A DNA stretch of 64,000 nt, from NCBI GenBank assembly GCA_951406725.2, contig OX597838.1:26598001-26662000 (forward strand). Reading direction: 5' to 3'. Positions 1-10,615 of the stretch are shown here, piece after piece. Below the pieces are notes generated by a model, which worked only from the letters and a program-made list of their open reading frames with translations, was not told the DNA's origin and searched no databases. Both the position numbers and the translations under genes were made by a program. The stretch comes from Octopus vulgaris (Eukaryota). Positions within the stretch are counted from its first letter, which is position 1. Every line of letters begins with the position of its first letter.

Positions 1-152
1 TGAACTGGTAATCAACCTTGCACTTTACTGTCGGTTTTGTGTCCTATCCCTTTCTAATGCCACCTTTTGATGGGCTTCTTTCAGTTTCCATCAACCAACC
101 AAATCCACTCACAAGGCTATGGTTAGCATGGGGCTGTAGTGGAAGATGTATG

Positions 153-526
153 GATGGAAGCACTCCGTCGGTTACGACAACGAGTTTTCCAGTTGATCCG
201 ATCAACGGAACAGCCTGCTCGTGAAATTAACGTGTAAGTGGCTGAGCACTCCACAGACATGTGTACCCTTAATGTAGTTCTCGGGGATATTCAGCGTGAC
301 AAGGCCGGCCCTTTGAAATACAGGTACAACAGAAACAGGAAGTAAGAGTGAGAGAAAGTTGTGGTGAAAGAGTACAGCAGGGATCACCACCATCCCCTGC
401 CGGAGCCTCGTGGAGCTTTTTAGGTGTTTTCGCTCAATAAACACTCACAACGCCCGGTCTGGGAATCGAAACCGCAATCCTACGACCGCGAGTCCGCTGC
501 CCTAACCACTGGGCCATTGCGCCTCC
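153..526 (-). mobile_element. tRNA-derived SINE (family C) inserted into another SINE
   Basis: Minus strand starts ggaggcgcaatggcccagtggttagggcagcggactcgcgg with a B-box-like ggtttcgattcc. It is flanked by the 13-bp direct repeat tggaagatgtatg (140-152, 527-539). A second copy lies at 4830-5160. Confidence 0.85.
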
Positions 527-1004
527 TGGAAGATGTATGCCCAAGTGTCTCACAATGGGATTGAACCTGAAACCATGTAGTTGGGAAGCGATCTCCTTGA
601 CTACTGACCTCTACCTGCAGATGACAATGATGCTGCTGTGTCAGACACTCACCTGATATTTCTCTTTTCTTCCTAATTAACTTTACACCTGACTGGCAAA
701 CGACCTACTTGAGCAGGTATCCGAAGCATCTCATCAAAGGTGTGTGATGGTCTAATTGCTTTATAAAGCTCAACCCCTTCATATTCTTAACGTTGCTTAC
801 AAATTATAAATGCTGACGACTTGAATATCTGGTTAGGGTACGACCCCTCTCTCTTTCATATGTAGGTATGCATGTAGGTGTGTGTGTGTGTGTGTATGCA
901 TATATCAGTATGTGTATGTATGTAACTATTCATGTGTGTGTGTATGTGTATGCATATGTATGTATGGTGTCTCTGATGTGTCTATTTAGCATAGGGTATT
1001 TTTC

Positions 1005-1885
1005 TCTCTCGTGACACTTGTGAAGACCGGTTGAGGCAAGTGAAAATCAAATCAAATCAAATCAAAATAGACAAAATAGATGAACATCAATGGAATTTGT
1101 ATCTTGTGGTACCAGTGCCTGTGGCACACAAGAAATCCATCAGTGCTGTAGTCAGTGCAGTGGGCACATGACAAACACCATTCGATCGTGGCCGTTCGCC
1201 AGCCTCATCTAGCACCCGTGTCGGTGGCACATAAAAACACCATCCGAAGACCCGGCAAGACTAGTCAGGCCATAACCCATGGCCTCTACCTGGGACGTAG
1301 TCAGTCCACCTGTGCATACCTTCCTTCTTGTGACACTTGTGAAGACCTGTTGAGGCAAGTGAAAATCAAAATCAAAACAAATCAAAATAGATGAACATCA
1401 ATGGAATTTGTATTCTTGTGGTACCAGTGCCGGTGGCACGTGGCACACAAGAAAACCATCCGAACGTGGCCGTAGCCAGTACCGCATTGACTGGCCTCCG
1501 TGCTGTGGGCACGTAACAAGCACCATCCGATCGTGGCCGTTTTGCCAGCCTCATCTGGCACCTGTGTCGGTGGCACATAAAAACACCATCCGAGCGTGGC
1601 CGTCTGCCAGCCTCGTCTGGCACCTGTGTCGGTGGCACATAAAAAACACCATCCGAGCGTGGCCGTTTGCCAGCCTCGTCTGGCACCTGTGTCGGTGGCA
1701 CATAAAATCAGCCACTACACTCTCGGAGTGGTTGGCGTTAGGAAGGGCATCCAGCTGTAGAAACACTGCCAGATCTGACTGGACTGGTGCAGCTTTCGGG
1801 CTCCCCAGACCCCAGTTGAACCGTCCAACCCATGCTAGCATGGAAAGCGGACGTTAAATGTTGATGATGATGATGATGATGATGT
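1005..1885 (+). mobile_element. Retroelement 3' tail / SINE (family D) with internal ~62-bp tandem repeats and (GAT)n tail
   Basis: Ends cactacactctcggagtggttggcgttaggaagggcatccag...ggacgttaaa(tga)n. Internal repeats read gcctcgtctggcacctgtgtcggtggcacataaaaacaccatccgagcgtggcc. Related copies at 17279-17925, 36812-37055, 42508-42740, 46800-46985 and 49430-49865. Confidence 0.75.
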
Positions 1886-2203
1886 GTTGAATGTAGGTAT
1901 GCATGTGTGTGTGTGTGTGTGTGCATGTATTTACGTATGTACATATATATGTATGTATGCATGATGTATGTGTGTGTGTGTGCATGTATGTATATATGTA
2001 TGTATTTATGTATATAACTACATATTTGTGTGTATGCTTATTTATATCTGGTGTCTCTGATGTGTCTACTTAGGGTAAGGCCTTTTTCTTTCTCATTTGT
2101 ATGTGTGTGTGTGTACGTATGTATGTATGTATATATACTTACATCCCTATCTCCTTACCTACCTACATACATACATATGTATGTATGTGTGTATGTATGT
2201 ATG

Positions 2204-3260
2204 TATGAAGAGTGTTCATTAAAGATTTCCCCCGACCCACTTCCCAAGGACTGGGATAAATGAAACTCAGCATAATTATTAGTCCTTCTCTACATAGCCA
2301 CCACCAATGGTGACACACTTCTCCCATCGCTTTATGCAACTGTGAAGACCTCGTCCGTAGAAGTCGGTCGGTTGTGTCTGGAGCCAAGACTTTACCTCAT
2401 AAACAAGTTCATCATCTTGGAGGAGACAGACTCTATTGGCCAGCATGCCCCACATCTCTGCTTTGATGGCATCCTGCAATTTCTGCTGCAGAGAAGCATA
2501 ATATGCCCCATTTATTGTGGTGCCGTTTGCCAGAAAATCTATTATCACTACTCTGCACTGGTCCCAAAAGGCTGTGAGCATCACCTTGCCTGCTGAGGGT
2601 TGGACATGAACCTTCTCTGGAAGTGATGAGTTATCATGCTTCCATTACTTCAACTGCACTTTAGTCTCAGGGTCATAGTGATGGACCCATATTTCATCCT
2701 GTGTGATAAGTCTGCCTAAAGAGTCCTCATTTTCTTGGCATATTGTCAAAAGAGCCTGGGTGCAATTGACTCATTCCTGCTTCTAAAAAGGTGTGAGCAT
2801 CTGGGTAATCCACCGTGCAGACAACTTCCTCATGTGCAAATGGTCATGAATTATTTTTTTTCCACAGACCCAACACTTATCTTCACTTCATGGGCTAGTT
2901 ACTGAATTGTTATGTGGTAAACATCCAAAATGGTGGCTTCCACATTATGGATGGTGTCGTCATCAATGACAGAATGTGGTCATCCAGGAATAGGAACAGT
3001 TTTCCCTGATGTCCGACCACATTTGAACTAGCAATGCCAGTGCTTGACTATGTCGTATGATGGTGCATCTTCACCACAAAATGCTTTCATCTCAACGAAA
3101 GTCTCTTTTGGTGTGTGACCTTTCAAGTATAAGAACCTGATCACTGACCTGCATTCAACTGCCTCCATTGTAACACCTTAGTCCACTTCAGCAGCCAAAA
3201 AAAAAAGACAGACAAATACTAGTGGAAAGCTGCAATTTGCAATGTAACTCAGAATCTTTA
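2204..3260 (-). mobile_element. Degenerate mariner transposon
   Basis: ORF 2279-2584 reads MLTAFWDQ..IIDFL..GTTINGAYY..L..AIK and ends RWEKCV..GGYVEK. The N-terminus MEAVECRSVIRFLYLKG is readable near 3168. Frames are disrupted and boundaries approximate. Confidence 0.85.
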
Positions 3261-3443
3261 GTGAGACACAACATAAAGTTTTGTCTCACTAAAGTTCCTG
3301 AGTTTAGGCTGTCATGTTGTTATATGCTCCATCTGCTTAGGGAATGAAACTGCTACAATTTTTAATTACTATTATCTTTCTTCAATAAGAGGTGCAAACA
3401 CTGGTGAATATAGACAAATAATTGTTGATAAAAAGAAAATTAA

Positions 3444-3663
3444 CCCCTTAGCATTCAAACCGGCCATATCTGGCTAAAATATTTAACCTGTTTTATATTG
3501 AAACTGACCAGATCTCGCCTCTCACCTCAGCCCTACCATGTCATTCTAAAACTAAAAAATCACATCATTGAAATCTCTAAATTACAAGATAATGCATGAT
3601 TAATTCAAAACAATATAAATAAACAAACATCACATTTGACAGAATAATCTGAACACTAAAGGG
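3444..3663. mobile_element. piggyBac-type MITE
   Basis: Left end TTAA|ccccttagcattca and right end tgaacactaaaggg form imperfect TIRs. The right TTAA is degraded. Confidence 0.55.
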
Positions 3664-4190
3664 TTTCAAAGTAAAAATTTTGTAAAGGGAGTTAATGGAT
3701 GGACAGGGATGGATTGAGTTATATTGGGTTTAAGATAGAGGAATGGTATTGAAAGTTTGTTTAGCTAACTAGCTTAGATCAGGATGCATATGCACCCATA
3801 ACGACGGGCTTCTTTCAGTTTCCGTCTACCAAATCCACTCACAAGGCTTTTTGTCAGCCCGAGGCTATAGTAGAGGACACTTGCCCAAGGTACCACGCAA
3901 TGGAACTGAACCTGGTACCATGTGGTTGGGAAGCAAGCTTCTTGTGCCTATTTATTTGTTTATTTACTTTTTTATATACAAACCTCCGTATACTTGAAAA
4001 TTATTCATAAGCTTACATGATTCTCTCCCCTCCCATATATCTTTTTCTCAAATACAACTAAACAAAATTGAACATGCATAATTGTGTATGTGAGTGTACG
4101 TGTATATGCATATGTACATGTGTGTATGTATCTATGTATGTATGTGTATACATGTGTGTATATATATGTATGTATGTGTGTGTATGTGTG

Positions 4191-4226
<36 letters not shown>

Positions 4227-4227
<1 letters not shown>

Positions 4228-4447
4228 GTAGGTCCCGGGTTGATTCAGGGTTAACCACAGTAAGTAAGGTACTCAATACATAGCAGAGTAAAATTAATTT
4301 ATTCTATAGAAGGAGCTTCTACAGGACTAGTACTGTTTCATTCAAGAGAAATCTTCAGGAAGCTATTTAACAAGAATTGTATTAGCATTTATACATTTAG
4401 GCAGGTTTAAAGGAGTGGTGGTGGGGGACTTTTTTGGGGGTAGGCAT
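4227..4447. repeat. Interspersed repeat abutting (TA)n, possibly Penelope-like terminal region
   Basis: gtaggtcccgggttgattc...ggagcttctacaggactag recurs at 21246-21470 and, inverted, at 33796-33921. Confidence 0.7.
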
Positions 4448-4708
4448 ATATATGCATATATATATATATATATATATATATGTTAGTTAGTTAGTTAGTT
4501 AGTTAGTTAATTTGGCTCAAAAGCAAATAGCAAGGTCATGTAGGGGGACATGGAGTTAAGTAATATATATACATACATACACACAGAGTAAACAAGAGAG
4601 ACAGAGAAAGGCAGAAACAAGGAAAATGCCACTTATATTTGAACACTATACAAATATTCTTTTAAAAAAAACTTTTCTTTTAATTTTTCTAAATTTAATT
4701 ATTTAATA

Positions 4709-4753
4709 GTTACAGTTGAAAAGGTCTCAAATGACCGAAACCGGTACTGAAAT
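4709..4753 (+). ncRNA. Minimal type-I hammerhead ribozyme-like motif, U3-A8 core variant
   Basis: Parses as cag|UUGAAAA|ggtc-tcaaat-gacc|GAA|accggt|A|ctg: stem I, core, stem II, palindromic stem III and a GUA cleavage triplet. Confidence 0.55.
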
Positions 4754-4829
4754 GTTCTTTATAAAATTATTTTAGCATTTTCTATCTTGACTTGTTTTTT
4801 CATACATATATATATATATATATACATCA

Positions 4830-5160
4830 TGGCACTCTGTCAGTTACGACGACGAGGGTTCCAGTTGATCCAATCAACGGAACAGCCTGCTCGTGAAATT
4901 AATGTCTATGTGGCTGAGCACTCCACAGACACGTGTACCCTTAATGTAGTTCTCGGGGAGATTCAGCGTGACAAGTCTGATCCTTTGAGATACAGGTACA
5001 ACAGAAGCAGGAAGAAAGAGTGATAGAAAGTTGTGGTAAAAGAGTACAGCAGGGTTCGCCACCATCCCCTGCCAGGGCCTCGTGGAGCTTTAGGTATTTT
5101 CGCTCAATAAACACTCACAACCGCGAGTCCGCCACCCTAACCACTGGGCCATTGCACCTC
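4830..5160 (-). mobile_element. tRNA-derived SINE (family C)
   Basis: Closely similar to 153-526, with an internal deletion in the tRNA head. Confidence 0.8.
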
Positions 5161-5809
5161 CACAAACACACACGTGTGTGTGTGTGTGTATGGGTGTACG
5201 CACGTATGTGAGTGTGTATATGTGTATATATACGCAATTTAAATTAATATGTGCCTATTTGTATGGACCCGTTTGCATTCTTATAATCTATTTTCAGTGA
5301 AGTAATTCTCTCGCCGATTATAATAATTTTTACAAACGAATAAATGAAATCTGTTTGTTTTCCTTATACTGACGTAGATGTATTATGCATACACACATAA
5401 TTAATTATGAATGTACGAAGATACTTGTGTAAACTTGTATTTATGTAGATGCGGTCTACCACTTTGTCAAACAGTATAGTCATAGTTATCTACCTTAAAT
5501 GTTCAGTAAAGGAAACCAATTTTTCCATTATATGGTCATTAACAACAAATTGAACTGAAAGCTGAGCCTGAGTGAGATTTTAGAACTAATATTTTTCTTC
5601 GTCATAGATATACCCTTGACCACAGCAGTGACTCTAAGAAGAAAATTTTAAAATAGGATCTTTTCACTTTGACTGGCAGATCTTAAAATATAATTTTTTT
5701 GTAACTAAACACTTTTAAACTTCGTATACTGGTAGAATGTGTCACATAAAACATATTTTTCTCTTGGTGTTCTTGAGAAAATTCTGTAGTTTGTAAGCTA
5801 TTTGTTGTT

Positions 5810-6316
5810 AAATTTCTCGTTTTTCAGCAATTTCAACCAATCAATGACGTCTGTTGAGGTGAATACAATTACTGCTGTTGTTCGTCAACAAAAACAGTGA
5901 CACACACACACAATTTCTTGTTTTTCAGCAATTTCAACCAATCAATGACGTCTGTTGAGGTGAATACAATTACTGCTGTTGTTCGTCAACAAAAACAGTG
6001 ACACACACACACACACACTCGCGTACATACATAGATACACATACACACAATTTCTTGTTTTTCAGCAATTTCAACCAATCAATGACGTCTGTTGAGGTGA
6101 ATACAATTACTGATGTTGTTCGTCAACAAAAACAGTGACACACACACACACACTTGCGTACATACATAGATACACATACACACAATTTCTTGTTTTTCAG
6201 CAATTTCAACCAATCAATGACGTCTGTTGAGGTGAATACAATTACTGCTGTTGTTCGTCAACAAAAACAGTGACACACACACACTCGCGTACATACATAG
6301 ATACACATACACACAA
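5810..6316. repeat. Minisatellite, 4 units of ~100-135 bp
   Basis: aatttcttgtttttcagcaatttcaaccaatcaatgacgtctgttgaggtgaatacaattactgctg...gac(ac)n occurs four times. Confidence 0.95.
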
Positions 6317-6559
6317 ATGAAAGGTAATGACCGTGTGTGCTGTTCACTGACAAAACTTCATGGTGCATCACCTTTGTGAAGTTTTGTCAGTGAACCGGTT
6401 GCGGTTTCAAGGCGACGAAAATATTTTAACAAAAATGAAGTTTTAATGTTGAAGTGAAACTAACGGTATTTGTGTGTTCTTGTTTGGTTTACAATCATCT
6501 TCCACCTAGCAATTGTTTTTGTTTCAGCATATGATTGCAGATCAAGTCACTTGCTATGC

Positions 6560-7701
6560 AAGTACATCTCCGTAATTTTTTTAAAATCACTGTGGATAAA
6601 TGCCAGCAATGACCTTCTCAGGCTCTCCAATATTTTAATTTCTAAACAGAAACAATCGGGGTGCAGGGAGTGGGGTTGCAAAAAATTCATAATTTCTAAA
6701 ATTTTCTTTTTTATAGCATATAAAAGTATTTATGGGGAAAATATTGAAAAGCATTAATACATGCGAGGGTGATAAAGAAAAGTGTCTTTGGATGTGCTAG
6801 AAGCAACAGCCAAATCACTCTTAAATCACTTTTCCCTCTGAAAATATTAACAATTTGAAAAAATTATTTTGAAAAAAATGGTTTTGAAGTGCCAAAAAAA
6901 AAATTGGCCAAAATAGGTCCAGAGTGGGATGGTGAGGGAGGGAGGGGTGCAAAAAAAAAAGTTTTCAAAAACATTTTTCGTACAAAGATGCCACCCCATC
7001 ATTTCGAAGGCTGTGGTTTTCAAAAAATGGGGAAAAATCCCCGAAAAAATTCTTCCCACAAACTTCTTTATAATTGTAATCTATGCCGTTTGAAAGAGAT
7101 TTGTATAAATTTTTATTAAAAGATACCCATCCTCCTGAAAATTATGAGGGACAAAAGTCAGATCATGTGAATTTTCCGAAACTCCTCTCTCCACGCCCTC
7201 ACAAAAATTATTTCCCACAAATCCCTATATATTCTGAAGCCACAATATCTAAGTGGTATTTGTAGAAAATTTTGTTAAAAAGTATCCATTTTTCTGGATG
7301 TTATGAAGCAACAAAGTCAGGGGCATATACATCTGTAGCAATGCCCTTTTATTTGTATGTTTTTTTTTCCATTTCATGTTTATTTCATTCATTGCTTGCA
7401 ATGTTCTCTCTCACACACACACTGCAAAGCTTACAGATGGGCTGCTGAACTGAAATCTCAATGTTGTTTTGAGGGGAAGGTAAATTTTGACAAACTGCTT
7501 CTCCCTTTATAGTTGGACTACCATGATGTTTGTTTACAAAAGAGAGATTATGTCTGTGATAAAATAAAGAAAGAAATATTTACTAAGCAAGTGAGCAATA
7601 ATTAGATGTAAAATATAAAGATTATCAGAAATGGGAATCAAATATGAAAATATTATCAAGGGGCTACCAGAAAACCGCCCAGAGGGCAGACTTTCTGCTA
7701 G
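6560..7701 (+). mobile_element. Non-autonomous Helitron-like element (family H2); 5' boundary uncertain
   Basis: The 3' end has the hairpin agaaaaccgcccagagggcagactttct followed by CTAG|T. An inverted diverged copy lies at 44149-45260. Confidence 0.55.
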
Positions 7702-7733
7702 TACATATTACTGTATTTACGCATGTATATGTA

Positions 7734-7784
<51 letters not shown>

Positions 7785-8337
7785 TGTGGATATATGTGTA
7801 CTTGTGGATGTATGTATATGTGTGAGTATATGCCTGTCTGTGTGTGTGTATATATATATATATGGACGTACAAGATACATATATGTGTGTGTATGTGTAT
7901 ACATGCGTACTTGCATATATACAAATTTTCATAACTTTATTTATACCTTATAAATGAATATTCCATTCTTTTATTAATTATAAACTTACCTCATTTACAT
8001 TTAAATTTCCTCTATTTTCTCTATTTAATTTATTCATTTATTGTTCTAATTATATTTACCAACTATATCGTATCTCCAGTCAACCTGTAACCCTCTCGCT
8101 CGAACATATAACAATACAAATCATAAACCATATCATTCAGTCTGCTATAATGAATCTATAAAAACATAAAACATCCAAGGGTTTTTTTTCTTCTATATTT
8201 CTGATGAAGAGCTCCGCTTGAAACATGAAATCGTCTTTGTTTTCTTTCCTTTCCTGAGCATCCAATAACACTGTACTTATTCCACATCTTCGCGTTGTTG
8301 TTTTTTCGTGCTTGTTCTTGTTTGGATTGACTATATA

Positions 8338-8394
<57 letters not shown>

Positions 8395-8533
8395 AATATG
8401 AGGGAATATTATTCCAAACTTATATAAACTTATAAGATATGTTTTATTTTATATTTAATCTTTCTATAATATGTAATTTTTCTAAAAGTTATAATTTAAT
8501 TTTTCATTATTGAATGGCTTTTTTTCTAATATA

Positions 8534-8576
<43 letters not shown>

Positions 8577-9165
8577 ATCAGACAGTTTGATTCAAACTTC
8601 TTGGTACTCTGAGTTTCAAGCATATTGCTAGTCATCAGCCATCAGGAGTCTCCTCATACATGGAACCCCTAGTAAATGTGTTGAGTGTCCTTTCATTTGT
8701 CTACTAACTTGTGTGTATGTATATATATATATATATATATATATAAAGAGAGAGAGAGAGGATTATGTGGATGAATTATATACATTAAATCTATTAAATA
8801 TATCAACTGTAATAGTTTGGTTATGAAATACAAAATATATGTATATACATGCAAAACAAGAAAAGGCAAACGGTGGAGTCCTCCAGTTGATGAGTTTTAA
8901 GTATTTATATTAATAACTCACACAGAACACAAGCAGTAGAGAAAATTAGAGGAGTAGAAGCAAAGTGTTACAAGTCCAACAGCTGTTTCTGGGTGCTCAG
9001 ATCCATAATAATGTTGGTTGATGTAGTCCATCACAATATGCAGCTGTAAGGGATACAATCAACACTGGATAAGACGAGCCTCCATAATCACGTTAGAGAA
9101 GATCTCACATTTCAGATCCTGTGTGGAGGTGAGTAGCTTAGTGTTTAGAGAGTTACACTCTAGAT

Positions 9166-9384
9166 CAGTGGTTTTCAACCAGGGTTCCGCGGAACCTTAG
9201 GGTTCCACCAGTACAGCCCAGGGGTTTCACAAGAAGTTACAAAACTGCTAAAATCGGCAGTAATTTTTAATTCTCCTGTGCAGATATGTGTGCATAAGAC
9301 TATTAAATTATTGCACAGGGGTTCCTCGAACCAGTGGAATGTTTCCTTGGGGTTCCACTCCAGCAAAAATTTTGAAAAGCACTA
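9166..9384. mobile_element. hAT (Charlie-type) MITE
   Basis: TIRs cagtggttttcaa / ttgaaaagcacta, with an exact 8-bp TSD ctctagat (9158-9165, 9385-9392). Partial copy at 52044-52160. Confidence 0.9.
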
Positions 9385-9580
9385 CTCTAGATTATAAGAT
9401 TATATTTTTGATTCCTGGACCGGGTGATATGTCGTGTTCATGTTGCTCCAGTCCACTCAGCTGGCAAAACTGAATAATTGTGCCATGGGTCAGTGTCCCA
9501 TCCAGAAGGTGCGGTCTATATATGCCACAGAATATCGCCCTGGAAGAACCTTTGCTCCTGTTGATATATATAAATATAAA

Positions 9581-9941
9581 GGCGCAGGAGTGGCTGTGTG
9601 GTAAGAAGTTTGATTTCCAACCACATGGTTCCAGGTTCAGTTCCACTGCGTGGCACCTTGGGCAAGTGTCTTCTACTATAGCCTCAGGCCGACCAAAGCC
9701 TTGTGAGTGGATTTGGTAGACGGAAACTGAAAGAAACCCGTCGTATATGTGTGCGTGTGTTTGTCCCCCCCACCGTCGCTTGACAACCGATGCTGGTGTG
9801 TTTACGTCCCCGTAACTTAGCGGTTCGGCAAAAGAAACCGATAGAATAAGTACTAGGCTTACAATGAATGTCCTGGTATCCATTTGTTCGACTAAAAGCG
9901 GGGCTCCAGCATGGCCGCAATCAAATGAATGAAACAAAAGA

Positions 9942-9943
<2 letters not shown>
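9581..9943 (+). mobile_element. tRNA-derived SINE (family A)
   Basis: ggcgcaggagtggctgtgtggtaag...ggttcagttccactgcgtggcaccttgggcaagtg...gcatggccgcaatcaaatg; many copies in the window. Confidence 0.85.
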
Positions 9944-9973
<30 letters not shown>

Positions 9974-10287
9974 ACAAACACACATATTTATATTTAGTTA
10001 AGTTTATGTCCGGTCATAGAGTGACCAATGGTTTTGCATCCATAAAGGGCTTAGCCCTATGGATGTCTCAACAGACTAACGGGTGAAGACCATATAATTC
10101 TTCAAACCCCGCAGATACAAATCCATTACAGCCAGTTTATAAGTAAACATGGAATAAAGTACCTGGTTCAGCAAGGTTGGGTTATCTCCCTTCGACCAGT
10201 CAATATAGGCAAAAACAAAAACAAAAATCGAATGGAAAACTACCCTTAGGTTTCTTTTAGTTTCTATACACACATTGTGCACATATA

Positions 10288-10493
10288 CGAGGGTGTGCTG
10301 AAAAGTTCCTGGCTTTGAGTAAGAGAAAATACAGGAGGATCAGTTAATTATGATCTTATTCGATATATTTCCCTCTCAGATTCACACAGTTATTGCAGCA
10401 GTCGTCCGGTTTTTTTAAGCCCTGTAAAAGAAATCGGAATGTTTTCCGCAATACCCTTACTGTCTGTTATAATGTCTTGGCAGTACCCTCTCG
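10288..10493. mobile_element. mariner-type MITE
   Basis: TA|cgagggtgtgctgaaaagttcc ... ctcg|TA. An inverted relative at 14693-15405 is split by a Helitron. Confidence 0.7.
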
Positions 10494-10615
10494 TATGTAC
10501 GTATGTATGTGCATATATACGTATGTGCATACAAGCACACACACACACACGCATATACATACATATGTATATACCATACAGACGGCAAGAGGGAAATTTG
10601 CTAGTTGTCAAATAT

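Noticed and set aside
1520-1705. Regularly spaced ~62-bp repeats resembling a CRISPR array (also 17560-17745, 25909-26170)
   Set aside because: The whole unit repeats with no unique spacers, there are no cas genes, and the context is a eukaryotic retroelement.
8197-8232. Canonical CUGAUGA hammerhead (relative near 29995-30030)
   Set aside because: Core and stem II are present, but stem III and the cleavage triplet are broken (gaaacatgaaat). Treated as a degraded remnant only.
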